From Octopus sinensis (taxonomy: Eukaryota): 64,000 nucleotides of DNA. Below the pieces are notes generated by a model that did no database searches, had not been told where the DNA came from, and saw only the letters and a program-made list of their open reading frames with translations. The stretch lies in assembly GCF_006345805.1 (NCBI RefSeq), contig NC_043007.1, forward strand, positions 37,324,001 to 37,388,000, given 5' to 3'. The position numbers and the translations under genes are program-made. Shown here piece after piece: positions 51,840-64,000 of the stretch (within the stretch, counting starts at the first letter, position 1; the number at the start of each line of letters is the position of its first letter).

Positions 51840-52980
51840 TGGACACATAAGAAGTGCAGCAATATCAGAGGAAGGTCAATAAGGAAAATGGCTTTTATGT
51901 GTGGAAGATGTATAGGTACAATAAACACCAAAAATGTATGGAAAATAGACTCTGTCAACTGCCACATGGGTAAACTAGAGGTAGTAGATAGCTTCCATTA
52001 TCTAGGTGACTAAGTTAGTAGCAGTGGTGGACACTCCAAGAGCGTAGCTGTGAGAACAAGATTAGGCTGGGCAAAGTTCAAAGAGCTCCTACCCTTGCTG
52101 GTGACAAAGGGCCCTCCCTCAGAGTGAAAAGCAGATTATATAATGCCTGTGTGAGAATAGCTGTGGTACACGGCAGTGAAATATGGGCTGTGACAGTTGA
52201 AGATATGCGTAGGTTGCATGTGCAATGTCAGTGTGCATGTTCAACAGAGTGTAAGCATCTTGAGAGAAAAGTTGGGCATAAGAGGCATCAGATGTGGTGT
52301 GCAAGAGAGATGACTGTACTGGTACGGTCATGTGATGTATATGGACAAGGACAGCTGGTGTAAAGAAGTGTCGATCTCTAACTGTGAAGGGAACCTGTAG
52401 TAGAGGTAGACCCAGGAAGACATGGGACAAGGTGCTGAAGCATAATCTTCAAACTATGGGCTTCACAGAGGCAATGATTAGTGATTGAGACCTTTGGCAA
52501 TATACTGTGCTTGAGAAAACCCGTCAAGCCAAGTGAAATCATAGTTGTAGCTGATGTTGCTGTTACATAACTGGCACCCGTGCTGGTGGCACGTAAAAAG
52601 CACCTTTCAAGTGTTGGGCTTCATGGAGGCAAAGTAGCTGATGCTGATTGCACATGAAAAGCTCCTTTCGAGTGTTGGGCCCTCATGAAGGCAATGACTG
52701 AGATTTTTGGCATTATGTTGTGCTTGAGAAGAAGGCCCATCAACCAAGTAAAATCACAGTTGTAGTAGATACCGGTGTCATGCAAATGGCACTGAAACCG
52801 GTGGCATGTAAAAGCACCCATTATACTTTTGGAGGGGTTGGCATTAGGAAGGGCATCCAGCCATAGAAACCATGCCAAATCAGACTGGAGTCTGGTGCAG
52901 CCTTCCAGCTTGTAAGCTCTGGTCAAACTGTCCAACCCATACCAGCATGAACAGCGGACACTAAATGATGATGATGATGA
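51840..52980 (+). pseudogene. RTE-clade LINE reverse transcriptase C-terminal fossil with 3' UTR
   Basis: DSFHYLGD*VSSSGG...RLGWAKFKELLPLL, VKSRLYNACVRIAVVHGSEIW, GRPRKTWDKVLKHNL, then the tail ending in (GAT)n at ~52980. Confidence 0.9.
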
Positions 52981-53078
52981 TGTATTCCTCCTTTATAAAT
53001 ATAGGTCCTTGAATTGCTAATGTGAAAAATCAATATTAAGATTAATTTCTTGGTCTTTTTTTTCTTTATTATTTGCAG

Positions 53079-53180
53079 GCTGTCCAGGATTCGGCTTTAC
53101 ACTCTGTATCCTATACGATGTCAAGAAACCAGGCTGTGGTTGTCGAATATAAGTCTGATCCCGACACAGATATGTTTCAG
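53079..53180 (+). CDS. Peli: Pellino coding exon (102 nt, phase 0-0)
   Basis: Acceptor tttgcAG and donor CAG|GTAAAT. Translation AVQDSALHSVSYTMSRNQAVVVEYKSDPDTDMFQ matches Pellino HSISYTLSRAQTVVVEYTHDSNTDMFQ. Confidence 0.97.
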
Positions 53181-54139
53181 GTAAATAGCATTTGAGATTT
53201 TCATCAATCTATTTTTTTTCGTTGGTTTTTGGTTTTGATTTTTTTTTCTCCAGGTTTTACACTAAGTTTTCCTTTTTTTTATAACCACAGTTTGCTTTAC
53301 ACATAAATAGGCAAAGGCATGGCTGTGTGATTCAGAGGCTTGTTTCCCAACCATGTGGTTTCAGGTTCAATTTTGGTGTGTGGAACCATGAGCAAGTGTC
53401 TTCTTTTGTAGCCCCAGGCCAACTAAAGCCTTGTGAGTGGATTTGGTAGATGGTAACTGAAAGAAACCCATCATATATATATGTGTGTGTGTGTGTGTGT
53501 GTTGTCATCATATGATGGTTGTAAATGAGAATCACCATCATATATGCAATATTGTTTCTTTCCAGTCTCCCATGGTAAACATGCCTGGCCATAAAGAAAT
53601 GTTACTTTGCTTGAAACAGATGAGGGCTTGTGACAAGGAAGGGCATCCAGTCATAGAAAATTTGCCTCAACAAATCCCATCTGATCCATGCAAGCATGGA
53701 GAAATGGACATTAAATGATGATAATGATAGACACACATTCCTCTCTCTCTCTCTCTCTCACACACACACATACACATCATTTCACATTTGTTGAAGAGGT
53801 GGGTAGTTCATCTCTGTTCTCTTTTTAGTGTAAAAGAAATAGAAAGTTGATAGATTGGCCGAATTGCCAAGTCATCTGTCCTTTAATGATTTTACTTAAT
53901 TTTTCTATATTAACTGAGGATTATTGTGTTTGCCCTTAATTCAGTATTTGCCTGTGTTGGAACTATTGTTTGCTGTTCAGTGACATTCCTACAGCTGATT
54001 GCTCAACATTGACGAATGAGTAAGATATATGTCTTACCAGCAAGGCACACTTTAGTAAAGTGGAATTCACTCTTGGCAAAAGTTAATGCACAGGAGTGGC
54101 CATGTAGTTGATTTACTGAGAGGAGTGGAACATTGTGTA

Positions 54140-55365
54140 TAAGATATCATCGTTTAACATCTGTCTTCCATGCTAGCATCAGCAGTTGACGAAATTGACA
54201 AGATCCAGTGAGTTGGAGGACTACAATGACTGTGACAATGATTCATGGGTGGGTGCTGTTTATATGGCACCATCAATGACCATAACTTTGATGCACGGGT
54301 ACCATTTGCATGGCACTGATAATGACTACAGCTCATGAGTGCCGTTTACACGGTACCATTAACAACCACGACTATGATGCATGGGTGTCATTTACACAGC
54401 ACTTGCAGCGAAGGACCATAATTACAATGCATGTATGTTATGTACATGGTACTGGCAGCGAACGACCACGACTATGATACACAGATACCTATTTCTTTAC
54501 TACCCACGAGGGGCTAAACACAGAGAGGACAAACAAGGACAGACAAACGGATTAAGTCGATTATATTGACCCTAGTGCGTAACTGGTACTTATTTAATCG
54601 ACCCCGAAAGGATGAAAGGCAAAGTCGACTTTGACGGAATTTGAACTAAGAATGTAGCAGCAGACGAAATACCTATTTCTTTACTACCCCCAAGGGGCTA
54701 AACACAGAGGGGCAAACAAGGACAGACAAACGGATTAAGTCGATTATATTGACCCTAGTGCGTAACTGGTACTTATTTAATCGACCCCGAAAGGATGAAA
54801 GGCAAAGTCGACTTTGACGGAATTTGAACTAAGAATGTAGCAGCAGACGAAATACCTATTTCTTTACTACCCCCAAGGGGCTAAACACAGAGGGGCAAAC
54901 AAGGACAGACAAACGGATTAAGTCAATTATATTGACCCCAGTGCATAACTGGTACTTATTTAATCGACCCTGAAAGGATGAAAGGTAAAGTCGACCTCGG
55001 CGGAATTTGAACTCAGAACATAACGGCAGACGAAATACTGATAAGCATTTCGCCCAGCGTGCTAACATTTCTGCCAGCTCGCCGTCTTAAATAACATTTA
55101 CATGGCACCAACAACGACCATTGACTATGATGCATGGGTGCCATATACATGACACCAGCATGGTCACAACTACAATTTCACTTGGCCTGACGTGTCTTCT
55201 CAAGCACAACATATCACCAGAGCTCTCAGTCACTCCATGTCATCACCTCCATGCGACCCAACATTCGAAGATCATGCTTCACCACCTCATCTTGTGTCTT
55301 CCTGGGTCTACCTCTTCTACATGTTCCCTCCACAGCACTTCTTTACACAGCTGTCCTCATCTATA
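54140..55365 (-). mobile_element. RTE 3' end interrupted by a trimeric SINE
   Basis: (ATC)n tail at 54147; RT C-terminal remnant at 55190-55365 (minus strand VVLEKTRQAK). Confidence 0.7.
54485..55088 (-). mobile_element. Trimeric Meta-like SINE (183-184-bp units)
   Basis: ATACCTATTTCTTTACTACC recurs at 54485, 54669 and 54852; a single head lies at 55030-55088. Confidence 0.9.
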
Positions 55366-58258
55366 TACAGTGAATTATTACAAGACCTTTATATTTTTTA
55401 TCCTGGTTATAGCATTTTCCGCAGTGTCCATTATCCATGAAGTGTTACTGCTCTCGGCCCTTGTGACAAGCGATGAGTTATATATAAACTTAGAAAAATG
55501 TTTGAATTTTTCTTGAAAACAGCTGTAATGACTCATATATTCTACATTTAGTTAAGTGGTTCAGTGAACATTTGTAATAGATTTCAAATACTCCTACATT
55601 TATACAAAGGCTTGCTACTCTCTCTCTCTCTTGTTTTCTTTTTGTTGATACAACTCTTACAGGATATTCTTGTTGAATATCCTTCTCTTATCTGTTTCCT
55701 TTTTAACACAATACAAAAAACACTTATTTTTTTTTACCTTTCTGAAGTGTTCAAACTAATTTTACTGTCAATAACTTAGCTGGTGATGATAATCGGAAAT
55801 TGAACTTATTTTTGCTGCTGTTGCTGTTTGTGTGTGTCTTCTAATGTTTGGTTTTAAATTTCCAAGTTTACCATCATTATAATCACCTCTAACATCATGA
55901 GTATCGTCATCAGATTGCTGCCATAGTTTAGACAAAGCAGTAAATATTTTGGAGTTGTGTCCCTGCTTCAGACCCCGCTTCTTTCCATGATACAGATTTG
56001 CTGTGTTCATGAAGACACAGCAAGCTAAGTAGAATCAAGCATCCATGTTGAGCATGTAAGAAGGAACCAATCCTGATTCCACATATACGGCACCCCTGCT
56101 GGTGCTACATAAAAAGGCACCTGTGCTGGTGTCTTAAAGTGATTGAAATTAAAGCCTTTCATCAAATTTCATGCTGATTTACATTTCAAACAATGGTTTA
56201 ACCATTCAGCATTTAAACTGGCTATTTCTGGCCAAAATATTTTTCCTGTTTTATGATAAAACTGACCAGATCCAGCCACTCACACCTACCCTACAATGTT
56301 AGTCTAAAACATACACAATCATACAATCGAAATCTCAAAACAATGTGGACAAATAAGTCCAGATTATTTGATACAATAATCTGAATGCTAAAGGGTTAAT
56401 TGAATGATAAAATTATTTTATGAAATTTCTATAACGTCTTCAAAATTAATTGAAATAAAGGCATGTTTCAACAGAAATATGGCGCAGGAGTGGCTGTGTG
56501 GTAAGTAGCTTGCTAACCAACCACATGGTTCTGGGTTCAATCCCACTGCGTGGCATCTTGGGCAAGTGTCTTCTGCTATAGCCCCGGGCCGACCAATGCC
56601 TTGTGAGTGGATTTGGTAGACGGAAACTGAAAGAAGCCTGTCGTATATATGTATGTGTGTGTGTGTTTGTGTGTCTGTGTTTGTCCCTCTAGCATTGCTT
56701 GACAACCGATGTTGGTGTGTGTTTACGTCCCCGTCACTTAGCGGTTCGGCAAAAGAGACCGATAGAATAAGTACTGGGCTTACAAAGAATAAGTCCCGGG
56801 GTCGATTTGCTCGACTAAAGGCGGTGCTCCAGCATGGCCGCAGTCAAATGACTGAAACAAGTAAAAGAGTAAAGAGTAAAAGAGTTGAAAAGAAGTGGGA
56901 GGAAATTTCCTGTTTCATCTTGGAAATACCAATCCCTATTAATAAGCACTTGAGTTGTGACCAGACAATAGTGTATTGTTCTTTAAGAGCATTTAGTTCA
57001 ATTTTTCATGTGATGTCATCGTATGAAATGGATGTGATGTTCATATATGGTGGTCTAGTGGTAAGAAATGGTAAAGCACTATGATATGTTTTGCTTTTTC
57101 AACATTCTTAGCTCAATATCTTTCCTGTACTGTTGTGTCTTTCTCTCAGGGATTGAGGTGACAAGGGCTGAAGACACCTGGTAATCTGCTGTGTTTATGA
57201 AGACACAGCAAGCTGAGTAGAATCAAGCACCCATGTTGAGCATGTAAGAAGGAACCAATCCTGATGCCACATATACAGCACCCTTGCCGGTGCCACATAA
57301 AAAGGCACCCGTGCTGGTGTCACATACAAGAGCATCTGTGCTTGTGTCAAGTAAAAATCACCCAGCACACTCTGTAAAGTGTTTGGTGATAGGAAGGGCA
57401 TCCAGCCATAGAAACCATGCCAAACAGACAACTGTGGTCTAGTGCAGCCCTCTGGCTTACCAGCTCTTGTCAAACCATCCAGCCCATGACAGCATGGAGA
57501 ACAGACATTAAAAGATGATGATTGATCGGTTGGTTGATTGATTGATGATTGTTGTTGTTGTAGAGTCAAGTGTCTCATCTACTGCTCTAGCTTTTGGACA
57601 AATTGGTGTAAGAAATCAATAATAGCATTTGGCCTAAGGTTTTTTTTTTCTGCCCCCCCCCCTTTATTTTCTAATCTTTGTGTTGCATTTGTTCAACACT
57701 ATTTAACAACCAGTATTGGTTTGTTTACATCCCTGTAACTTAGTGGCTTGGCAAAAGAGGCATATTGAACAAGCACAAGACTTACAAAAAGGTAAAAACA
57801 AGTACTGGGTTTGATTTGTTCAACTATACATCTTCAAGGTGTTGCCCTAGCATGGTTGGAGTCCAATGACTGAAACCAGCAAAAGATATAAGATATATCA
57901 AGAACAAGACATTTTATTTCACAAATAAGTTCAAAGTCCATATCAACCTATTTTTCTCTTTTTCCTTTTTCTTTTTGTTAAAAAAAGGAAGAAAGGAACC
58001 GGTTTATGTCTTTACGAAATACTAACAGTGTTACAGTAATTGGTACTTGAGCAAGTAATTTTCTTGATGGTTAAAAGAAAATATGATTGGTACTGGTGCA
58101 CACCTTTTCATTAAAACCATGAAGTGGGTCAGTGGGCCTTCATTTAAGAAAGTAGCACAGTTTACTTGAGTTGCTTTAAGTCTTTGTCTTTTCTTCTACT
58201 TTTGTTTGAGGATAGCTTTAAGCTATTGAAATGCAAATAGGCTTGTCAGTTACTTATA

Positions 58259-58870
58259 TCATCATCATCATCGTTTAACGTCCACCTACCATGCTGGCAT
58301 GCTTTGGATGGTTTGACAGGAGCCAGTCAGGTAGAAGACTACACCAGGCTACTGTGTCTGTTTTGGCAGGGTTTTTACAGTTGGATGCCCTTCCTAACAT
58401 CAACCTCCATGTAGTGTGGAATGAGTACTTTTTACGTGGCACCAACACAGGCGAGGTCAGTTTTGGCATGGTTTTTACAGCTGGATGTCCTTCCTAACTC
58501 CAACCACCCTGCAGAGTGGACTGAGTGTTTTTTATGTAGCACCAGTACAGGTGAGGTCAGTTTTGGCATGGGTTTTACAGCTGGATGCCCGTCCTAACAC
58601 CAACCACCCTGCAGAGTGGACTGCGTGTTTTTTATGTTGCACCAGTACAGGTGAGGTCAATTTTGGCATGGTTTTTACAGCTGGATACCCTTCCAAATGC
58701 AAGCCACTTCACAGTGTAGACTGGATGCTCTCTGGTAGGGTCACCAAGTAACTTGCAAGACAAGAAATTTTGAGAGGGGAGGGGGGCCTGGGAAGAGGTG
58801 ACCTTGTGTCATATGGTAGAAGTTTAGAGTGTGACAGAGATAGAGAGGCAGAAACAGGTGTCTTGCTATA
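58259..58870 (-). mobile_element. RTE-tail element containing a 100-bp tandem array
   Basis: TTTTGGCA.GG.TTTTACAG recurs at 58361, 58461, 58561 and 58661. Confidence 0.85.
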
Positions 58871-59089
58871 GACACAGGCATGGCTGTGAAGCTTACTTCC
58901 TAACCATGTGGTCTCTAGTTCAGCCCCACTATGAGGCACCTTGGGCAAGCATCTTTTACTATAAATCTCAGGCAGACCAAAGCCTTGTGAGTGAATTTAG
59001 TAAATAAAAACTGGAAGAAGCCTGTCATGTATATGTTCCTGTCTTGGCAACATGTGATGATTGTAAACAAGCTATCTTTTACATCCTTG

Positions 59090-59960
59090 TGTTGTATATA
59101 TATAATATAATGAAGCAGGGGGAAGAAAGCATATATATGACGCACTACTATTATTATTACACAAGATTTGATATTACACAAGATTTGATGCAAAAGGTTC
59201 ACAGTGAACTGATACCAACACGAACTGCCAATTGTTCACAGTTCTTTAATTTATAACAAGTCAGCCCGCCTCTAGTCACTTGGGGATGGTTAGGCTCCTT
59301 CCACAACATCTCCCCTTTTTAGAATCAGTCTCCCCTATCTTCTCCCCTTTTGAGAATTGAACTCTACTCTGAGTTTTAACATCTCTTACATTTAGGGTTC
59401 AATTTTAGTGTTTCCATTCTTTTCTGGTACTGGAAAGTCTAGTTTCAAATTGTTTGGGTGTTGAGACCTCCGTAGGGATTTCATTTCACGTTACTGTTTT
59501 TTCTGTGAACCTTTTCTTAAGCTGGTTTTCTTAAGTCTTTTGTATTCACCATTTTTTCCTTTTACCTGGAATATCATTCTTCCAATTTGTTTAATTATTA
59601 TTACACCATCCTCCCAGCTTTCTTTACCTTATCTATAGGTTTTAAAAAAAAACTTTGTCACCTAACTTAAAGAATGATGAAGTATTTTTGGTGTTCACCT
59701 TTTTATATTTTCACTTGGTATCAGCTTATCAAAAACAGATCTGACCTTTTTAGCAAACATCAATTCTGCAGGTGATATTCCCGACGGTGTATTCGGATTA
59801 GGTGTTACTCGGTATACTCTTAGAAATCGTTGGAGTGCAAAATCGTCCATCACTTCATTGATCGTGATGTTAAGACTAAATCTGCCTTCTTTCTTAGCTT
59901 TGACTTGTTCTAAACCTACAACTTGCTGCTAACTAGTAACTGCAGTGATGCAGTCCTTGA
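59090..59960 (-). mobile_element. Second Gypsy remnant: 219-bp LTR, PPT and integrase C-terminus
   Basis: TGTTGT(59090)...ACAACA(59308), then TCTCCCCTTTTT. Minus strand ALQRFLRVYRVTPNPNTPSGISPAELMFAKKVRSVFDKLIP...SWEDG. Confidence 0.8.
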
Positions 59961-61002
59961 AACATGCTACACAAAATAAAACAATTATCAACTCTTGCTA
60001 TTCCTATAACAGAAATACTAAAATTTCCATCTTCATGTACTCATGACTATATTTCTGAAAACAATAATCAGCTAAACTAAATGTTAACCCTTATCACTAT
60101 CATGCAAGCAATGTTGTTTCAAGTCTTCCATGGAAAACATATCTTGCCATGTGAAATATTACCTTGAGTCTCTTATCCCAGACTAGACTAAAGGGTCCTA
60201 TCTTTATTTATATATGCCTTTCAGATGAGAGGAGACAGTTCTTCTAATTTTTAAAGTGTCTCCCAGGCTGGTTAAATCGATGTCATTCATCTTCAGTGTG
60301 AACATGTGTAGGGAAGTGAGTTTCAAGGGAGTAAAGTTTTAGGAGGAAAGGATCAAGGAAAGTGTCTGGTGTGAGATCTGGGAATTGAGACCACTGTAGA
60401 AGGGAGTATTATATATAAGTGTATGAGGTTGGCCTGCATGAAGAAGATATGCAACTACAAAAGAGTGGTAGGGGAAGCATCTTTGTGTGCTCAACGATTT
60501 AAATACGTTTGTGAACAAAAATTTGCCCAAGTCAGTCAAATGGCATTGTTTGGATATTTGTGTGTGACAACAGCAATAACTCTTATCCTAGTCTGGGCTT
60601 TTGAAGAGATAAAAGTATTTCCTGGTTTGAAAATCAGTTTCTGAAATAGTTTTAGTAATACGAGCTTGTCATTACTTTGCATTTCCATAAAAGGATTTGC
60701 TGGTTAAGATATCCTGCAATTTAAAACTTTGTATGACATATGACTATGTATGTGTGAAATGACTATATCATCATTATTTCTAATGTCAGTTTTTTCCCCA
60801 TATTTGCACAAGTTGGATAAGTCCATCATATCTCCCCACTTGTTGCAGGACTTTGTTGTTTCTTTTCGTGAGCTTGAGATCAGCCTTTTATTACCTTTTC
60901 CTCCTTTATATCTTCTTTACTATTTCTCATCCACAAGTTCCTTCCACTTGGTTCTCTTGGCACTTTAGTCAACTGTTCTCTATATACATTACATCTCACT
61001 AG

Positions 61003-61225
61003 CGGCGCGCTGGAAGAAACGTTAGCACATCAGGTGAAATGCTTAGCGGTATTTCATCTGTCTTTACGTTCTGAGTTCAAATTCTGGCGAGGTCAACTTT
61101 GCCTTTCGTCCTTTCGGAGTCGATAAATTAAGTACCAGTTACGCACTGGGGTCGATGTAATCAATTTAATCTTTTTGTCTGTCCTTGTTTGTCCCCTCTA
61201 TATTTAGCCCCTTATAGGTAATAAA
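61003..61225 (+). mobile_element. Monomeric Meta-like SINE
   Basis: Head GCGGCGCGCTGGAAGAAACGTTAGCAC, B-box GAGTTCAAATTC, and GGTCAACTTTGCCTTTCGTCC. Confidence 0.8.
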
Positions 61226-61609
61226 TAAATAAGATATAACATCCCCTCTAATGCTGGTACTATAATGAAATGCTCCCAGTACATTCTTTAACATGGTTGG
61301 TTTTAGGAAGAGCATCCAGCCGGAGAAACCAATGCAAAAGTGAGACATAATCCTTTGACCCATCTAGAAGGACAATAACTCTAAATAAGAACTGACCTAG
61401 ATCATGATAGCCTGTTCAACACATGCCAGCAAAGAAAGTGGACGTAAAATAATAATAAAGATGGTATATACAATGATATTGGGAGATACCAAGGAAGAGT
61501 TTACTGGTTTAACACAGTATTCAAACTTTACATTTAATAGCTGAAATTTACAGAAAAACAAAAGATGAAGACAGCTGTATTGGTTTAACACTTGGGAAGG
61601 CGAGAAAGT

Positions 61610-61645
61610 CTTTTACGTTTCGAGCCTATGCTCTTCAACAGAAAG
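61610..61645 (-). ncRNA. Minimal type-I hammerhead-like motif (A6U variant), copy 2
   Basis: Minus strand CTTT-CTGTTGA-A-GAGC ATAG GCTC-GAAAC GT A-AAAG. Confidence 0.6.
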
Positions 61646-63742
61646 GAACACAAGGAAATAAACAGAACCACCCTTGTGAGTGGGATGGGGAGTGTAAAGT
61701 TAAAAAGTTTTCTTATATACAAGCAATCATGTTACTTCTGTATCGTGGTTTCGTGTTAGTATACAGGAATCTGGACACCAACTATCACCACACTCTCCAT
61801 GCCCTTACATATCTACCATACCCACCTCCCTAGTCACTCCAATCCCCCTCACCACCACCTGCTATCTCTAAATATCTCCCCTTACACTCTTATGGAACCT
61901 TACCTCTTTCCCTTTTGTATTGCTTATACTTCACCCCCCACTACTCCCTGTGGGTAGGTTTCTCACTCTCTTGCTTTCTCTTTAAACCCTCCTTCTCCCT
62001 CTCCTTCTGTCTTACTTGGGTTACCAAGTATCTCTTCTGTAGTGAGGCAGCTATCCCTGTCCCTCTATCATACTCCAACCTCTCGACTGGCACATGACCA
62101 CTTCTCTTTGTTCTGTTCCCTCTCTCAGCCGAGAGGTTCTTGTTTTGTAAACTACTTGACAACTCCATGGGTGCTGGTGCCATGTAAAATGGTTGGCTGT
62201 AGAAACCGTGCCAAAACACAATAGAAACCTTGTGCAGCTCTCTGGCTAGCTCCTGTCAAACTGTCCAAACCATGCCAGTATGGATAACAGGTGTTAAATG
62301 ATGATAATGATGATTAGGGATTCCTACCCAATCATCCTAGGTTACAGTAGAGTTTCATTTTCAACAAGAAACCATTTTCTGAATGGAATACAAATATTTT
62401 TTGCACCAAACTTGTTTGAAGTATAGTCCTCATGGTCAGGACCTCTTTGTAAGTTTTAAATCACAAACCAGTTTGTTTTGAAGCCAATACCACTTCAACT
62501 TGAATTACAACATAGAACTTCTACTGGGTCTTTAAAGACCATCTCAACCATAATTTGTCAATGTCTATAGTTGGCCACCCTACTCTTTTTCATTCAGCAA
62601 CCTCTTGTAGCATTTCCATGTTTCTTCTCAGCATCAGTAAGGACAAGCTTCCTGATATCATTATGTAAAGAGTCCTCACCAGCAGTGATTTTGTTTTTGA
62701 GTCACCAATGGCTCAGAGGTTAAGGTGCTCAACTAATGAGTACATGGTCATCAATTCAAATTTTTGTTTTATCCATTGCATTACGGCTTTCAGTTTTACT
62801 TCATGCTTAAATTGTTGGTAGGGAGAACATATCCTGGTATTGGTGTTGGTGCTTCGTTTCAGCTCAACTGTAACTGAACAGACATATCATCAAAGACATC
62901 CCTTCCATGACTATCTTGTATTCTTTTATTTTTTTACTTGTTTCAGTCATGTGACTGTGGCCATGCTGGAGCACTGCTTTTAGTCGAGCAAATTGACCCC
63001 AGGACTTATTCTTTGTAAGCCCAGTACTTATTCTATCGGTCTCTTTTGCTGAACTGCTAAGTTACGGGTACGTAAACACACCAGCATTGGTTGTCAAGTG
63101 ATGTTGGGGAGACAAACACAGACACACAAACATATACACACATAAATATATATATATGACGGGCTTCTTTCAGTTTCCGTCTACCAAATCCACTCACAAG
63201 GCTTTGGTCAGCCTGAAGCTATAGTAGAAGACACTTGCCCAAGGTGCCTCGCAGTGGGACTGAAACCGGAGTCATGTGGTTGATAAGCAAGCTACTTACT
63301 ACACAGCCACTCCTATGCCTACAGAAAATGTGTCTGTAGAACCACATTTCATTATGTCCTCCCTTTTTAACTCTTTGGCATTCAAACCAGCCATATCCAG
63401 GCAAAATATTCTTCATGTTTTATGTTCAAACTGGCCAGATCTGGCCTCTTGCACCTACCCTGCAATGTCATTCTAAAATAAAGAATCACATCATAAAAAT
63501 GTTGATGCTACAAGACAGTCTATGATTAATTCAAAGCAATATGAATAAATAAGCATTTTACATTTGCCAAAATAATCTGAATACTAAAGGGTTAAAGATG
63601 GTAGTGTGATTCAAAAGGAGATTTGGCTGCTATTTTTGGTAGGTTCAGCCACCACATTGAGTTTTGATATCCATGTATTAAAACAATTGTTGTAAAGCTG
63701 TAAAAGAAAAAAATGTTTATTTATATGTTTTATTTATTCCAG

Positions 63743-63940
63743 ATTGGTCGCTCAGGGGAGAGCCCTATCGACTTCATTGTCATGGATACGGTTCCTGCGA
63801 ACCAAAGACGTTACAATGGGGAGGTAACTCAAAGTACTATATCGCGATTTGCATGTCGGATCTTAGTGGAAAGAAACCCGCCGTACACTTCCAGAATATT
63901 TGCTGCCGGTTTCGATGGTGCACGCAACATATTCCTTGGG
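63743..63940 (+). CDS. Peli: Pellino coding exon, FHA core (198 nt, phase 0-0); gene continues beyond the window
   Basis: Acceptor ttccAG and donor GGG|GTCAGT. Translation IGRSGESPIDFIVMDTVPANQRRYNGEVTQSTISRFACRILVERNPPYTSRIFAAGFDGARNIFLG contains the Pellino FHA motifs IGRS.ESPIDF, STISRFACRI and AAGFD...NIFLG. Confidence 0.97.
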
Positions 63941-64000
63941 GTCAGTATGAAAACAACTTCTCTATCTTTTGTTATTAAAAATTACATACTTAAAGGAAAT

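Noticed and set aside
51590-51850. Pyrimidine-rich CTCTAGCA-type degenerate repeat just downstream of the 51418-51547 exon
   Set aside because: Low-complexity sequence with no stable period or recognisable function.
55500-56010. Minus-strand ORF 55768-56010 with acidic SDDDTHD and a downstream RISCKSC...LCINVGVFEIYY resembling a piggyBac Cys-rich tail
   Set aside because: The similarity is short, frame-broken and lacks clear TIRs. It is too weak to call without a profile search.
37040-58740. CRISPR-like appearance of the 60-bp, 100-bp and 183-bp periodic repeats
   Set aside because: There are no unique spacers, the units are retroposon-derived, the context is eukaryotic and no cas genes are present.
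60150-60950. Possible L1/Tx1-type endonuclease and ORF1 remnant on the minus strand
   Set aside because: Only vague motif resemblance; no intact GDFN or SDH motifs could be read.
461-63476. Most ORFs in the supplied track (e.g. 897-1148, 8247-8582, 12107-12469, 15307-15642, 36855-37262, 50922-51254, 56653-57084)
   Set aside because: They are recurring translations of SINE or RTE-tail repeats or of microsatellites (YIYI, HTHT, CVCV), with no splice-consistent domain similarity.

Overview
AT-rich, microsatellite- and retroposon-dense eukaryotic DNA. The SINE and RTE-tail families look like those of an Octopus genome; this is inferred from recalled repeat consensus, not from a search. The only host gene I can support is a + strand Pellino E3 ubiquitin ligase. 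Four coding exons with clean AG/GT boundaries and compatible phases (34500-34667, 51418-51547, 53079-53180, 63743-63940) encode the N-terminal and FHA-domain part. The gene continues beyond the window and its first exon is uncertain. Everything else is intronic or upstream: several tRNA-derived SINE families, many RTE LINE 3' ends, an RLE-type LINE end, two Gypsy LTR remnants, fossils of maT (DD37D), mariner, hAT and piggyBac transposases, several MITEs, Helitron/Helentron-like elements and simple repeats. Almost all ORFs in the supplied track are repeat-derived or spurious. The most notable unexplained signal is a pair of 36-nt minus-strand motifs (41897-41932, 61610-61645) with the architecture of a minimal type-I hammerhead ribozyme and a shared non-canonical A6U core. 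Other highlights are a 2x2 modular shuffling of SINE parts, an RLE LINE end sitting in a (TATG)n tract, tandem SINE multimers, and a tail-to-tail retroposon hairpin in the Pellino pre-mRNA.
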